From the NCBI GenBank assembly GCA_963555755.3, contig OY820905.2, forward strand, positions 3,264,001-3,328,000: a DNA stretch of 64,000 bases, in the 5' to 3' direction. Below, piece by piece: positions 1-10,292 of this stretch (positions within the stretch are counted from its first letter, which is position 1; each line of letters begins with the position of its first letter). Below the pieces are notes generated by a model. That model saw only the letters and a list, made by a program, of their open reading frames with translations, was not told where the DNA came from and did no database searches. The translations under genes and the position numbers were made by a program. This DNA is from Nitrospirales bacterium (GTDB lineage: Bacteria > Nitrospirota > Nitrospiria > Nitrospirales > UBA8639).

Positions 1-34
1 GTAAACCAAAAAATGGGGTTCACGCATAACGCTT

Positions 35-1024
35 CTACAGCTTCCCTTCCCCTTTGAGATACTTCCGAAATCGACCCATCAATTCTTCCCCCAACACCCC
101 GACTTCGGGTTTCTCTTTGTTCATAAATTCTCGAATTTCGGAAAGGCGCTGTTCCGCTTGATCATTACCCTTGAGCCGTTTGACTTTGTGCAGAGCATCA
201 TCAAAGGCGTCGAAGGTGAGTTCTTTGTATCCAAACGCGCGAATGCGTTTGACCGCTTTCATCATGGCTTCATTCCGGAACACGGTGAGATGTTCCGAAT
301 CAATTTCCTTTAACCCCAACTTTCTCGCACGACGCTCCGCGGCTTTTCGAATACCGCTACGGACAAAGTCCGGCGAAGTATTCAATCGTTTCCAGGCTTC
401 ATCGGTCCAGTCTACCCGTTCCTGTGGAGCGTCCCAAATGGAAGTGAGGGTGGGTTCATCAATGATGGTCTTGCCAGACTCTCGAGCCAAATCTTCGGCA
501 TCACGCTTGAGCATGTCTGTCACAAATTCAAGTGCGATGGGAGGAGAGTTTTTGATTTTGTTACGCAACATAGCCTGGGCGCCCTCGGTCCATTCGAGAG
601 GCGTCAACGCCTTTTCGGCCCGTTCTCCCATGGATTCAACTTTTTCAAATAGGTCGACGTTGACTTCCATATGGCCGCCCTCACGAGCGACCTCTTCGGT
701 AATTTGCCGGATCATTGCACGCATAAATTCAGGGACCGTCTCTAATCGTTTTTTGGCTTCCGCCGTCCAAGGCAAACGTCCTTTGGCCATTTGATCGGCA
801 GCTTCGGCCATGCCCGCTTCCCCACCCATCCCACCCATCATTTGCTTTTTGAATTGATCAAGCAGTTCCCCGGTGATTTCTTCTCGCCCAAGCTCGCCGG
901 CTTTTTTCTCAGCCAATCGTTTGACCATCCCGCGTAAAAAAATTGGAGCTCGCTCCAATCGTTGAAGAGCATCGGAAGTCCAGCTGACGGTCGTGGTGGT
1001 GGTTTCAGGTTCTGAGGGACTCAT
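35..1024 (-). CDS. PCP_red (protochlorophyllide reductase 57-kDa subunit C-terminal-like) repeat protein, four repeats
   Basis: Four WT.EA..RL..(P).F.R....(E)..A...G...I repeats (WTSDALQRL, WTAEAKKRL, WTEGAQAML, WTDEAWKRL); start overlaps the ihfB stop (ATGA). Confidence 0.7.
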   Translation of the reverse strand: MSPSEPETTTTTVSWTSDALQRLERAPIFLRGMVKRLAEKKAGELGREEITGELLDQFKKQMMGGMGGEAGMAEAADQMAKGRLPWTAEAKKRLETVPEFMRAMIRQITEEVAREGGHMEVNVDLFEKVESMGERAEKALTPLEWTEGAQAMLRNKIKNSPPIALEFVTDMLKRDAEDLARESGKTIIDEPTLTSIWDAPQERVDWTDEAWKRLNTSPDFVRSGIRKAAERRARKLGLKEIDSEHLTVFRNEAMMKAVKRIRAFGYKELTFDAFDDALHKVKRLKGNDQAEQRLSEIREFMNKEKPEVGVLGEELMGRFRKYLKGEGKL

Positions 1025-1320
1025 ATATCTATTCCTGCTGAATCACTGTTCAGTAATTCTTTGATTTCTTTCCCGGCCTTGAAAAAGGGCATCCGTTTTT
1101 CGGGGACAGCCACGGTTTCTCCGGTTTTGGGGTTGCGTCCATCTTTGGTTCGCCTGGTCCGTAATCGAAAACTTCCGAAACCTCGTATTTCCGTTTTCTC
1201 GCCTCTTTTCAAGGCATCACGGATTGAATCGAAGATGCAGTTCACGACTTTCTCCGCATCTCGCCGACTGAAAGTCGTGGCTTTTTCCGTGACTTTTTCA
1301 ATCAAGTGTGCTTTGGTCAT
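1021..1320 (-). CDS. ihfB: Integration host factor subunit beta / HU family DNA-binding protein
   Basis: MTKAHLIE...EIRGFGSF...GRNPKTGE.V.VP.K..PFFKAGKE; lies downstream of rpsA and sppA. Confidence 0.9.
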   Translation of the reverse strand: MTKAHLIEKVTEKATTFSRRDAEKVVNCIFDSIRDALKRGEKTEIRGFGSFRLRTRRTKDGRNPKTGETVAVPEKRMPFFKAGKEIKELLNSDSAGIDI

Positions 1321-1415
1321 TGACCCTCTCCTTGATTCATCATTGATAAATCGTTTGGCGCGCGAAAAGCGGAGTGTAACAGTCAGGGACGATCAGCGTC
1401 TCCTTGTCAACCTTA

Positions 1416-1571
1416 GGGCTCGCGCAAAAATAAATCCCCGTGTTTTGGCGTTGATCCATCCTGTCTGGCGGTGTTGCTCGTCCTTTCCATAGGAGAGTAT
1501 GCGCAGTCCTCGCGCCTTGCCAAACAGGCGCCTCAGCACCAAAACATAGGTATTTATTTTTGCGCGAGCCC
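1416..1571. mobile_element. MITE (family E), TIR GGGCTCGCGCAAAAATAAAT, TTA target duplication
   Basis: Terminal inverted repeats at both ends; TTA at 1413-1415 and 1572-1574; related partial copy at about 62031-62145. Confidence 0.8.
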
Positions 1572-2465
1572 TTATAAAGCCATGAAATACATTAAGTTGA
1601 GACCCGTGTGAAGGGGTATCGCCGATGTGCCACCCAAAAATCGGTTCTCCATGAACTCCCGAAAGGAGAACGGCTTCTGGGTTTCCACCACATAGGGACG
1701 CTCTTTTATACCACTCATTTCAGCAGCGAGTTTGATCGCCTGGTGGAGATCACCAAGCTCATCCACGAGCAGAACATCCTTGGCTTGTTGCCCCGTGAAA
1801 ATTCGGCCATCAGCCAGAACTTCCACGTCGGCAATGTCCAAGGAACGGCCATCCGCCACCGCTTCGATAAATTGACGATGAGCATCATCCATCACGGACT
1901 GTAGATATTGCCGTTCATCATCGGTCATCGTTCGAAAGGGAGAGCCGACATCTTTGTATTGGCCACTTTTGATGACGGTATTTCGAATGCCGATTTTCTC
2001 CATGAGGTCTTCAAAGTTCGCCAATTGCATGATGACCCCAATGCTTCCAGTCAATGTTCCCGGATTAGCCAAGATTCGATCTGAGGCGACGGCAATATAG
2101 TATCCGCCTGATGCGGCCACGGTGCCCATCGATGCCACGATGGTTTTTTGATGGTCTTTTCGAACACGCTTAACCGCATTGTAGATTTCTTGCGAAGCCG
2201 CGACGCCTCCGCCCGGGCTGTCTATACGCAGAACAATCGCTTTGACGAGGGGATCTTCGCCATATCGTTCAAGTTCCCCTACCGTGGCTCGTGAATCAAG
2301 GATGGCACCTTCAATTCTGATGAGGGCAATACGTTCTTTTCCCATGTTGGCCAGGTCAGGGAGCAGGGCCTTGCCAATCATGGTCAACATCAAGGCACCG
2401 AGGAGCATCCAAAATATGCGCCGCCAGCGAGAGGGTTTTGAGCGTGATGTGGTCTCGTCAGACAT
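1572..2465 (-). CDS. sppA: Signal peptide peptidase SppA (36-kDa type)
   Basis: N-terminal TM helix; RIDSPGG, ASGGYY, GSIGV and KSGQYKD motifs; ATG at 2465 preferred as start. Confidence 0.92.
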   Translation of the reverse strand: MSDETTSRSKPSRWRRIFWMLLGALMLTMIGKALLPDLANMGKERIALIRIEGAILDSRATVGELERYGEDPLVKAIVLRIDSPGGGVAASQEIYNAVKRVRKDHQKTIVASMGTVAASGGYYIAVASDRILANPGTLTGSIGVIMQLANFEDLMEKIGIRNTVIKSGQYKDVGSPFRTMTDDERQYLQSVMDDAHRQFIEAVADGRSLDIADVEVLADGRIFTGQQAKDVLLVDELGDLHQAIKLAAEMSGIKERPYVVETQKPFSFREFMENRFLGGTSAIPLHTGLNLMYFMAL

Positions 2466-2480
2466 GTGATGCCCCAATCC

Positions 2481-4190
2481 TTACTCGCTCTCTTGCTCAG
2501 GAGCAGTGTCATTGTCTTGGGCAGCTCGCCCGAGACTGTGGTCGATATCGCCCTGCGAACTATTTGAGGTTTCAAGTTCAGCCGTATCCGCTTCTTGTGA
2601 GAATTCCCGCACACTCAAGGCGATCTTTCGTTCTTCGCAATCGACTTTGACGACTTTGGCGGTAATGGGCTCGCCAATTTTGAACAGCTCCTCTAATTTC
2701 CCCTGTCGATCTTTGCCGGTTTCACTAATATGGATGAGCCCTTCCACATCCCCTTCTAATTCGATGAACACGCCAAAATCGGCGATCTTTGTAATGGTCC
2801 CGGACGTTGTGCCACCGACTTGATAGCGAGACGGGATTTCCGTTTCCCAAGGGTCAGAAGTCAGTTGTTTGTAACCCAGGGACAAACGTTCTTTTTCTTT
2901 ATCGATCCGCAAAATTATGGCTTCCACGCGCTGGGCCTTTTTAAACAACTCCGACGGATGTTTGATATGTTTGGTCCAGGACATATCCGAAATGTGGATC
3001 AACCCATCGATGCCTTCGTCTAAGCCCACAAAGGCTCCAAAGTCCGTGACGCTTTTGACCTTGCCTTCGATTTGGGTTCCTACGGGGTACCGAGACTGAA
3101 TGATATCCCATGGGTTGGGGGCGGTTTGTTTCATCCCGAGGGAGATCTTACGCCCTTGTTGGTCAACATGGAGAACTTGCGCATCGATCGCATCGCCAAC
3201 GGTGACCACGCGGGAAGGATGACGGACTTCATGAGTCCATGACATTTCCGACACATGGACCAGACCTTCAACGCCAGGTTCTAATTCCACGAAGGCCCCA
3301 TAATCTGTCAGGCTGACGACTTTGCCGGCCACGCGGGTACCTTCTGGATACTTTGTAGCAATTTCCATCCACGGATCCGCGGTTTTTTGTTTTAAGCCAA
3401 GAGAAATTCTTCCTGTCTCTTTGTCGTATTTCAGGACTAACACCTCCAGGCGATCCCCGACAGAAAACATGTCTGACGGATGACCAACGCGACCCCACGA
3501 GATGTCCGTGATGTGCAAGAGCCCGTCGATGCCGCCAAGATCCAGGAATGCCCCGTAGTCCGTGATGTTTTTCACGGTGCCTTCGATCAACTGTCCTTCG
3601 GCTAACGTGGCTAACGTCGTTTGACGCTTTTTATCTCGGGTTTCTTCCAACAATGCGCGGCGAGAGATGACCACATTTCCGCGCCGGTGATTAATTTTAA
3701 TGATTTTAAACGGGAAGGTTTTGCCGACAAGACCATCTAAATCTCTCACCGGTGTTAAGTCAATTTGAGACCCGGGCAGGAAAGCTTTCACCCCTATATC
3801 GACCATCATGCCACCCTTGATACGGGAAATGACTTTCCCTTGCACTTCTTTCTCTTCGTTGTGGGACACCTCCAGCTCTTCCCATATTTTCATTTTGTCC
3901 GCTTTTTCTTTGGACAAAACGAGATTGCCTTCGGAATCCTCGCGTTGCTCGATATACACCTGGAACAAATCCCCTTCCGCTAGGGTGGGGAGTTCTTCAG
4001 GAAGGAATTGATTCATGGGAATCATGCCTTCCGACTTATAACCAATATCCACAATGACCCGGTCTTTTTGGATGGCCACCACTCGACCTTCGGTAATGGT
4101 GCCTTCCTCAAAATTCCGGAAGGTTTCTTCATACATTGCGGCTAACGTACTCTCGTCAATTTCTTCAATGGGGTCGGATATGGTACTCAT
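2481..4190 (-). CDS. rpsA: 30S ribosomal protein S1
   Basis: Six S1 repeats (DYGAF.DLGGIDGLLH, GVEGLVHVSEMSW and others). Confidence 0.97.
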   Translation of the reverse strand: MSTISDPIEEIDESTLAAMYEETFRNFEEGTITEGRVVAIQKDRVIVDIGYKSEGMIPMNQFLPEELPTLAEGDLFQVYIEQREDSEGNLVLSKEKADKMKIWEELEVSHNEEKEVQGKVISRIKGGMMVDIGVKAFLPGSQIDLTPVRDLDGLVGKTFPFKIIKINHRRGNVVISRRALLEETRDKKRQTTLATLAEGQLIEGTVKNITDYGAFLDLGGIDGLLHITDISWGRVGHPSDMFSVGDRLEVLVLKYDKETGRISLGLKQKTADPWMEIATKYPEGTRVAGKVVSLTDYGAFVELEPGVEGLVHVSEMSWTHEVRHPSRVVTVGDAIDAQVLHVDQQGRKISLGMKQTAPNPWDIIQSRYPVGTQIEGKVKSVTDFGAFVGLDEGIDGLIHISDMSWTKHIKHPSELFKKAQRVEAIILRIDKEKERLSLGYKQLTSDPWETEIPSRYQVGGTTSGTITKIADFGVFIELEGDVEGLIHISETGKDRQGKLEELFKIGEPITAKVVKVDCEERKIALSVREFSQEADTAELETSNSSQGDIDHSLGRAAQDNDTAPEQESE

Positions 4191-4281
4191 TCAATTCCTT
4201 CAGTCTTTCACTCGTAGTAGGGCTACGGAGGTGATAGGGGTCTCCAGCTTTAGATTGACGTGGTGGCTAGATCACCCTGGT

Positions 4282-4923
4282 TTATAATGCCGGTTCCCCT
4301 GATTGGCCCACGCGCTTCAAATCAGCAATCCGGTCCATGACAGTCTGACTAATATGTGTGTACAGTTCCTTGCCTTGATATCGCTCCAGGTCGTGACGAA
4401 AGTCTACGGGTTTCCCAAACCTCACCGCCACTGGATAAGGCCGTAACCAAGAGGCGCCCATCGGCAATACCCGAAACGTGCCGTCAAGGTATACGGGAAT
4501 GACCGGGCATTGAGCTTCGGCAACGATCATTCCAATCCCAGGCTTTCCCGGCTGCAAATTTCCGTCCGGCGATCTTTTGCCTTCAGGAAAAATTACCACG
4601 GCTTTCCCCGCATTGAGCATATCAATGACGTACTGAAATGCCTTCCGGTCCCACCGTTCCGGTCTTATCGGGATCCACCCCAACGACCGAATAATCCAGC
4701 TCACGACCGAATTCGGGAACAAATTGGCGCGACCTACATAGAAAACACGTCGTGGGATCCCACACCCGAGTAACGGGATATCCGCATAACTCACATGGTT
4801 CGCAGCGAAGAGGACCCCACCCCTTCGGGGAATATGTTCCGCGCCATCAGTTCGATATCGAAGGAAGAGGCGACTCAGGCTCCGAAACAGGATCCACAAG
4901 ATCCCATAGACGATAGTGCTCAC
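4282..4923 (-). CDS. plsC: 1-acyl-sn-glycerol-3-phosphate acyltransferase (PlsC family)
   Basis: NHVSYAD and FPEGKRS acyltransferase motifs; sits between cmk and rpsA. Confidence 0.85.
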   Translation of the reverse strand: MSTIVYGILWILFRSLSRLFLRYRTDGAEHIPRRGGVLFAANHVSYADIPLLGCGIPRRVFYVGRANLFPNSVVSWIIRSLGWIPIRPERWDRKAFQYVIDMLNAGKAVVIFPEGKRSPDGNLQPGKPGIGMIVAEAQCPVIPVYLDGTFRVLPMGASWLRPYPVAVRFGKPVDFRHDLERYQGKELYTHISQTVMDRIADLKRVGQSGEPAL

Positions 4924-5606
4924 AGGCGAGCCGAGATGGACTCCAGCATGGTGGCCACGACTTCATCAACGGTCAAAGATGAAGAATCAATCACGACGGC
5001 ATCGGCAGCCGGAACCAAGGGGGCGATATCCCGTGACTGGTCGCGCGTATCGCGATCATGAATTTGGTTCCGAATATCTTCCTGGTTTCCGCCATGTCCG
5101 GCTTGACGGCTTTCTTGATACCGCCGTGTTGTTCGGGTATCAAGATCAGCCTTCAAAAAAAACTTTACATCGGCATCAGGAAACACGCGAGTTCCCATAT
5201 CTCGCCCTTCCGCAACGATTCCACCTGTTTGACCAAACCGTTGCTGAATAGGCAATAACCAGTCTCTGACCTCTGGCATAGCAGCCACCGTTGAGGCGAC
5301 TCGAGTCACCTCGGGATCTCGAAGATAGGCAGTCACATCTTGGGAATCCACGATGGTGCGAGTAGTGTCGTCTTCTAATGTCACATGCAAGTCCATCTGT
5401 TGCAAGAGGTTCTGTATCGCAACAGAGTCGGAGTAATTGGTTTCTGAGACCTTCGCTTTCCATGCTACCGCACGATACAACGCGCCAGTATCTAAATAGA
5501 TATACCCGAGCTTGGTGGCTAACGCTCGAGCGGTTGTACTCTTTCCGGCCCCAGCAGGACCATCAATAGTAATGACTAACCGTCGCGTTTTGGCAGACGC
5601 CTTCAA
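4920..5606 (-). CDS. cmk: Cytidylate kinase
   Basis: ITIDGPAGAGKST, YLDTGALYR, EGRDMGT.VFPDA. Confidence 0.95.
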   Translation of the reverse strand: MKASAKTRRLVITIDGPAGAGKSTTARALATKLGYIYLDTGALYRAVAWKAKVSETNYSDSVAIQNLLQQMDLHVTLEDDTTRTIVDSQDVTAYLRDPEVTRVASTVAAMPEVRDWLLPIQQRFGQTGGIVAEGRDMGTRVFPDADVKFFLKADLDTRTTRRYQESRQAGHGGNQEDIRNQIHDRDTRDQSRDIAPLVPAADAVVIDSSSLTVDEVVATMLESISARL

Positions 5607-5639
5607 GATTTTCGTCTAAAATATCGATTATTATAGGAT

Positions 5640-6935
5640 TCAATTGGAATTTGTCAATAATTCCAATAGCTTGCCATGAAAACCCGGGAAGGATGTTTCA
5701 ATGCAATCGGTATCGTCGATCACGGTGGGAGACTCGGCGGTCAATGCGGCAATCGCAATGGCCATGGCCACGCGATGATCCCCGTGACTTTGACAATGTC
5801 CCCCTTGAAGGCTCGATCCCCCCTGGACCACAAACCCATCCGGCGTTTCCTCAATGGCGACATTGAGCTTTTTCAGCTCAGTGGCCATGGCCTGAATACG
5901 ATCTGTCTCTTTGACGCGAAGTTCCTCCGCACCGGTGACGGTGGTTTGCCCTTGTGCCAGCGCAGCCGCCACACAGAAGATCGGAAATTCATCAATCGTT
6001 TTAGGGACTTGGTCGGCACCAATAGAAATGCCCCGAAGAGGGGCGGTTCGGATCATAAGGTCGCCTACGGGTTCGCCTGACTCATCTCGTTGATTGTCAA
6101 TCTGAATGTTGGCGCCCATTTCGGTGAGAATATCAAGAATACCGGTTCGGGCTGGATTTAACCCAATATTAGGAATTCTGACCTCTGAATCTGGAACAAT
6201 CGAGGCCCCGACAATGAAAAAGGCCGCAGCGGAAAGATCCCCAGGAACGAAAAGGTCTTTAGCCTGAAAAGATTGCCCGCCTGTTACACGGATCGAATTC
6301 CCCTCCACCTCAAACGGGATGCCCAAGAACCGAAACATCCGCTCGGTATGGTCGCGGGATTGCAACGGCTCGGAAAATCGTGTGTCCCCTTCAGCAAAAA
6401 GTCCGGCCAACAGGACTGCGGATTTGATTTGGGCACTCGACACGGGGGAGACATAGTCAGATCCTTTTAATCGCGAACCCGTCACGGCCAGCGGAGCTAA
6501 GGCCCCTCCATTTCGTCCTTGGATGTGAGCGCCCATGAGTTGAAGAGGTTTCACAATGCGGCCCATGGGCCGACTCCGCAAGGAGGCATCCCCGGTCAGG
6601 ACTGTGAAGAACTGCTGCCCCGCCAACACTCCAGTGAGGAGCCGAAGCCCGGTACCGGAATTACCACAATCCAAAGGTTCGGCAGGTTCTGTGAGGCCCC
6701 ACAATCCTTTTCCAGAAACATGGACTTGATCGGGTTCAACTTCTATTGGAATTCCCAACTTCTGTAATACTGAAAGTGTATTCAAGCAATCTTCGCCTCG
6801 ACAATAACCACGGATCGTCGAGTCTCCCTCAGCTAGGGCACTGAGAATCAGAGCCCGATGGGTGATCGACTTGTCCCCTGGAACGTGAACGGTTCCGCGA
6901 AGAGGACCTTTGGGTGTGATGGTCAGAGAACTCAT
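5640..6935 (-). CDS. aroA: 3-phosphoshikimate 1-carboxyvinyltransferase
   Basis: PGDKSITHR, DCGNSGT, SAQIKS, RDHTE, LRVKETDR, DHRVAM. Confidence 0.97.
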   Translation of the reverse strand: MSSLTITPKGPLRGTVHVPGDKSITHRALILSALAEGDSTIRGYCRGEDCLNTLSVLQKLGIPIEVEPDQVHVSGKGLWGLTEPAEPLDCGNSGTGLRLLTGVLAGQQFFTVLTGDASLRSRPMGRIVKPLQLMGAHIQGRNGGALAPLAVTGSRLKGSDYVSPVSSAQIKSAVLLAGLFAEGDTRFSEPLQSRDHTERMFRFLGIPFEVEGNSIRVTGGQSFQAKDLFVPGDLSAAAFFIVGASIVPDSEVRIPNIGLNPARTGILDILTEMGANIQIDNQRDESGEPVGDLMIRTAPLRGISIGADQVPKTIDEFPIFCVAAALAQGQTTVTGAEELRVKETDRIQAMATELKKLNVAIEETPDGFVVQGGSSLQGGHCQSHGDHRVAMAIAIAALTAESPTVIDDTDCIETSFPGFHGKLLELLTNSN

Positions 6936-7804
6936 TTCAAGCGTTGCCGAGCGTCGCGGGCTTTGGCGATTTCGCGTTCAATCCCGGAGCCGTCGTGCTC
7001 TTTAATATAGGTCTTCATTCGACCCAAATGTTGTTCAAATGCTTCAATCATCGGAATCAGATTGTCCCGATTCCATAAAAAAATGTCTCGCCACATCTCG
7101 GGTGAACTAGCCGCAATCCTGGTCGTATCTCGAAGTCCGCCACCGGAAAAATCCAACAAGTCCGGATCACCTTTGGTTTGTCCCTGCAGATCGTTGAGGG
7201 CATTCATTAAGGAAAAGGCGGCAACGTGGGGCAAGTGACTCACGGCTCCCAAAACCCAATCGTGTAAAAAGGGATCGATCGATTGCACGATCGAACCCGT
7301 TGCTTCCCAAATCTGTTGAATCTTGTGTAACGCCTCAGGATTGGTTTTGGTCGTAGGGGTCAACAGGCACAAAGCATTCTGATACAAATCCAGACATGCC
7401 GCCCCAACGCCGGACGTTTCTTTCCCAGCAATCGGATGCGCCCCGACAAAGTGAACCCCAGCAGGCAGGAGCGATTCTGACTGCTCGACGAGTGGTCCTT
7501 TCACGCTTCCCACGTCACTGACAATGGTTCCTTCAGCCAGAAGCCCGCCCCATTTTTTCAGGTGCGGGGCATAGCTTTCGACCGGTGTGGCTAAAATCAC
7601 CAGGTCGGTTCCTGGCATGGCACGTGTAGGGTCTTGCTCGTACCGATCGATAGCGCCAAGCTTGATGGCCAATGCTAAGTTCTCAATTGTTCGGCCCACC
7701 CCGACGACATGATCGGCCAGTCCGTCTCGTTTGAGAATCATGCCTAGAGATCCGCCGATGAGGCCGACCCCGACGATTGTAACCTGTTTAAAATGCACGG
7801 TCAT
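6932..7804 (-). CDS. tyrA: Prephenate/arogenate dehydrogenase
   Basis: GVGLIGGS, DVGSVK, HPIAG.E, SHLPH, DTTRIA. Confidence 0.93.
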   Translation of the reverse strand: MTVHFKQVTIVGVGLIGGSLGMILKRDGLADHVVGVGRTIENLALAIKLGAIDRYEQDPTRAMPGTDLVILATPVESYAPHLKKWGGLLAEGTIVSDVGSVKGPLVEQSESLLPAGVHFVGAHPIAGKETSGVGAACLDLYQNALCLLTPTTKTNPEALHKIQQIWEATGSIVQSIDPFLHDWVLGAVSHLPHVAAFSLMNALNDLQGQTKGDPDLLDFSGGGLRDTTRIAASSPEMWRDIFLWNRDNLIPMIEAFEQHLGRMKTYIKEHDGSGIEREIAKARDARQRLK

Positions 7805-7822
7805 TTTGGTGGGATAACAAAT

Positions 7823-7946
7823 CGTGATGAGTGATGATGAACAAGTAATGGGTAAGGGGAAAAAGTCGTGAAGCGTAAACCGTCATGCGTAAACCGTAGA
7901 GAAAAAGACTTTCCCCCTTTTACGCATCACGCCTTACGCATCACGT
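7823..7946. repeat. Inverted pair of heptamer tandem arrays
   Basis: CGTGAAG CGTAAAC CGTCATG CGTAAAC, then a spacer, then TTACGCA TCACGCC TTACGCA TCACG. Confidence 0.85.
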
Positions 7947-7958
7947 CCCAAGGTGTGC

Positions 7959-8972
7959 TTACAACTCTCGTCCCACGGCTTCGGCAATTTTTTTGAGATC
8001 GCCCATGAGTTCTTTGAACCGGTGAGGTTTAAGGGATTCTTCGCCGTCGCACATGGCGCATTCTGGATTGGAGTGGACTTCGATCAATAGCCCATCGGCG
8101 CCAGCGGCAATCGCGGCCTTTGACAGCGGGGCCACGAGATTCCACTTACCGGAGGCATGGCTGGGATCCACGATCACAGGCAGGTGAGACAATTCCTTCA
8201 AGGCCGGCACTGCCGAGAGATCCAAGGTGTTGCGATAATGCGTTTCAAACGTTCGGATGCCGCGTTCACACAGCATGACGTTCCGATTCCCGCGCGACAT
8301 GATGTATTCCGCCGATAATAAAAATTCTTTAATCGTGGCCGACATACCGCGTTTTAACAAGACCGGCTTGTCATACGCCCCCACCTCTTTAAGCAGCTCG
8401 AAGTTTTGCATGTTGCGAGCACCGATTTGAATGATGTCGGCCTTTTCCAAAAACACATCGGTATCACGAGGATCGAGGATCTCGCTGACGACAGGAAGAC
8501 CGGTTTGCTTCTTGGCCTCGACGAGAAAGTCCAGCCCTTCTCGGCCCAACCCCTGAAACGAATACGGTGAGGTCCGTGGTTTGTAAGCACCGCCCCGTAA
8601 AATACATCCACCCGCAGCTTTCACTTCCTGGGCAATGCCGACGGTGATTTCTAATTTTTCCACGGCACAGGGTCCAGCCATAATCGTGAGTAGCTTCCCT
8701 CCGATTTTGATCCCATCGACATCAATGACCGTATCGTGTTTTTGAAATTCCCGGCTGACGAGCTTCCAAGGCGCCATGATCGGAGTGACGCTTTCAACGC
8801 CTGGGAACACACTCAAGGGTTGGTTGTCTAGCAGGCGCTCATCCCCAATCACTCCGATGATGGTGCGCTCTTCGCCCTGAGAGATTTGCGATTTGAGGCC
8901 AAGCTCTCGTAGACGATCCGTGACATGATCAATGTCTTCTTCTGTCGCTTGAGGTTTAAATACGATAATCAT
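7959..8972 (-). CDS. aroF: DAHP synthase, type I-beta with N-terminal regulatory domain
   Basis: AGPCAVE, RGGAYKPRTSPYSFQG, QIGARNMQN, CERGIRTFE, DPSHA. Confidence 0.95.
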   Translation of the reverse strand: MIIVFKPQATEEDIDHVTDRLRELGLKSQISQGEERTIIGVIGDERLLDNQPLSVFPGVESVTPIMAPWKLVSREFQKHDTVIDVDGIKIGGKLLTIMAGPCAVEKLEITVGIAQEVKAAGGCILRGGAYKPRTSPYSFQGLGREGLDFLVEAKKQTGLPVVSEILDPRDTDVFLEKADIIQIGARNMQNFELLKEVGAYDKPVLLKRGMSATIKEFLLSAEYIMSRGNRNVMLCERGIRTFETHYRNTLDLSAVPALKELSHLPVIVDPSHASGKWNLVAPLSKAAIAAGADGLLIEVHSNPECAMCDGEESLKPHRFKELMGDLKKIAEAVGREL

Positions 8973-8996
8973 GAGTAGTGTTCCCCTGATCAGATG

Positions 8997-9206
8997 GGAG
9001 TCCCTTGAAAAAGCCTGCCCTGAGCGGAGCCGAAGGGTCTGGCAGCTGCGTTCTCGGGGCTTTGTCGAGCTTCGCCCTCACAGACTTGGCGCTCTTCGCG
9101 CCGTTCGCCCTCACGTACTCCGTGTACGCTCCGGGCGCCAAATCCCCTGCGGCCTTTCCTTCGATAGACTCAGGACAGGTCTGGACGAATCTTTTCAAGG
9201 GACTCC
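8997..9206. mobile_element. MITE family A copy carrying two REP-like inserts
   Basis: TIR GGAGTCCCTTGAAAA / TTTTCAAGGGACTCC; core GCAGCTGCGTTCTCGG...CTCACGTACT...CTGCGGCC shared with the other family A copies. Confidence 0.75.
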
Positions 9207-9212
9207 TGAAGG

Positions 9213-10292
9213 TCATTGTTCGATGACTTTTTTGAGTGCCCTCAAAAATCGAGTGTTTTCCTCGGGCTGACCGATCGTCACGCGAATCATGGAGCCGCGA
9301 ATGTGACGAACAATCACCCCTTCCTTCAGCAGATGATTGAAGATGTCATGCCCATCCCGACCGGTATCAAAATATAAAAAGTTGGCTTGGCTTGGGATCG
9401 GTTGGAACCCGAGATCACGGAGTTCTGATTCAACCTCCGCCATTTCCGATTCATTGAGCACTCGGCTGGTGGCCACATGTTCGTCATCCCCTAATGCGGC
9501 CAGGGCGGCTTTTTGAGCGAGGGCATTCGTGTTGAAGGGATTCCGTACCCGGTGCAGGTAATCCACAATTTCGGGTGTGGTGATCCCATATCCAATGCGC
9601 AACCCGGCTAATCCGTAAATCTTGGAAAAGGTCCGAAGGACGGCAACATGCCGGTTCTCTCTGACATACTGAATGGTATCCGGATAGTGTGGGTGCCGTA
9701 CATATTCAAAATAGGCTTCATCAAAGACCACTATGACATGACCTGGGACGTCCGCCATAAACGCTGCGACTTCATTTTTGGAGATCATGGTCCCCGTGGG
9801 GTTATTAGGATTGCACAGAAACACTAATCGCGTTCGATCCGTGATGGCTTTGGCCATGGCGGGCAAATCATGACACCACTCTTTTAAGGGCACTTCTTTG
9901 ATGACTCCATGCCCACCCATGACCGCGAGTTTGTACATCACAAACGTGTGATCCGCCATCACGGCTTCGTCACCAGGAGCAACAAAGGCTTTGACCAAGA
10001 GGCTAATGATTTCATCCGAACCATTACCGACGATAATTTGGTTCAGCGATACTTTTAGGTGATCCGCTAAGGCTCGGGTTAAATGATGGGCACCGCCATC
10101 CGGGTAGAGATGCAGTGTTTCGGTTCCTTTACGCAACGCCGCAAGAGCCTTGGGAGAAGGGCCAAGGGGATTCTCATTCGACGCCAGCTTGACGGCTCCT
10201 CGAATGCCTAATTCCCGCTCCAATTCATCCAGGGGCTTCCCAGGTGAATACGGGACTAATTTGGCAATGTCGGGGTGAACGTGGAGGGACAT
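9213..10292 (-). CDS. hisC: Histidinol-phosphate aminotransferase
   Basis: KLASNENPLG, GNGSDE, NPNNPTG, DEAY, RTFSKIYGLAGLRIGY. Confidence 0.95.
   Translation of the reverse strand: MSLHVHPDIAKLVPYSPGKPLDELERELGIRGAVKLASNENPLGPSPKALAALRKGTETLHLYPDGGAHHLTRALADHLKVSLNQIIVGNGSDEIISLLVKAFVAPGDEAVMADHTFVMYKLAVMGGHGVIKEVPLKEWCHDLPAMAKAITDRTRLVFLCNPNNPTGTMISKNEVAAFMADVPGHVIVVFDEAYFEYVRHPHYPDTIQYVRENRHVAVLRTFSKIYGLAGLRIGYGITTPEIVDYLHRVRNPFNTNALAQKAALAALGDDEHVATSRVLNESEMAEVESELRDLGFQPIPSQANFLYFDTGRDGHDIFNHLLKEGVIVRHIRGSMIRVTIGQPEENTRFLRALKKVIEQ

Noticed and set aside
8956..9270. Short ORFs over MITEs (also 11969-12540, 16513-16826, 26991-27434, 36091-36334, 45864-46070)
   Set aside because: They coincide with repeat elements and show no coding signal.
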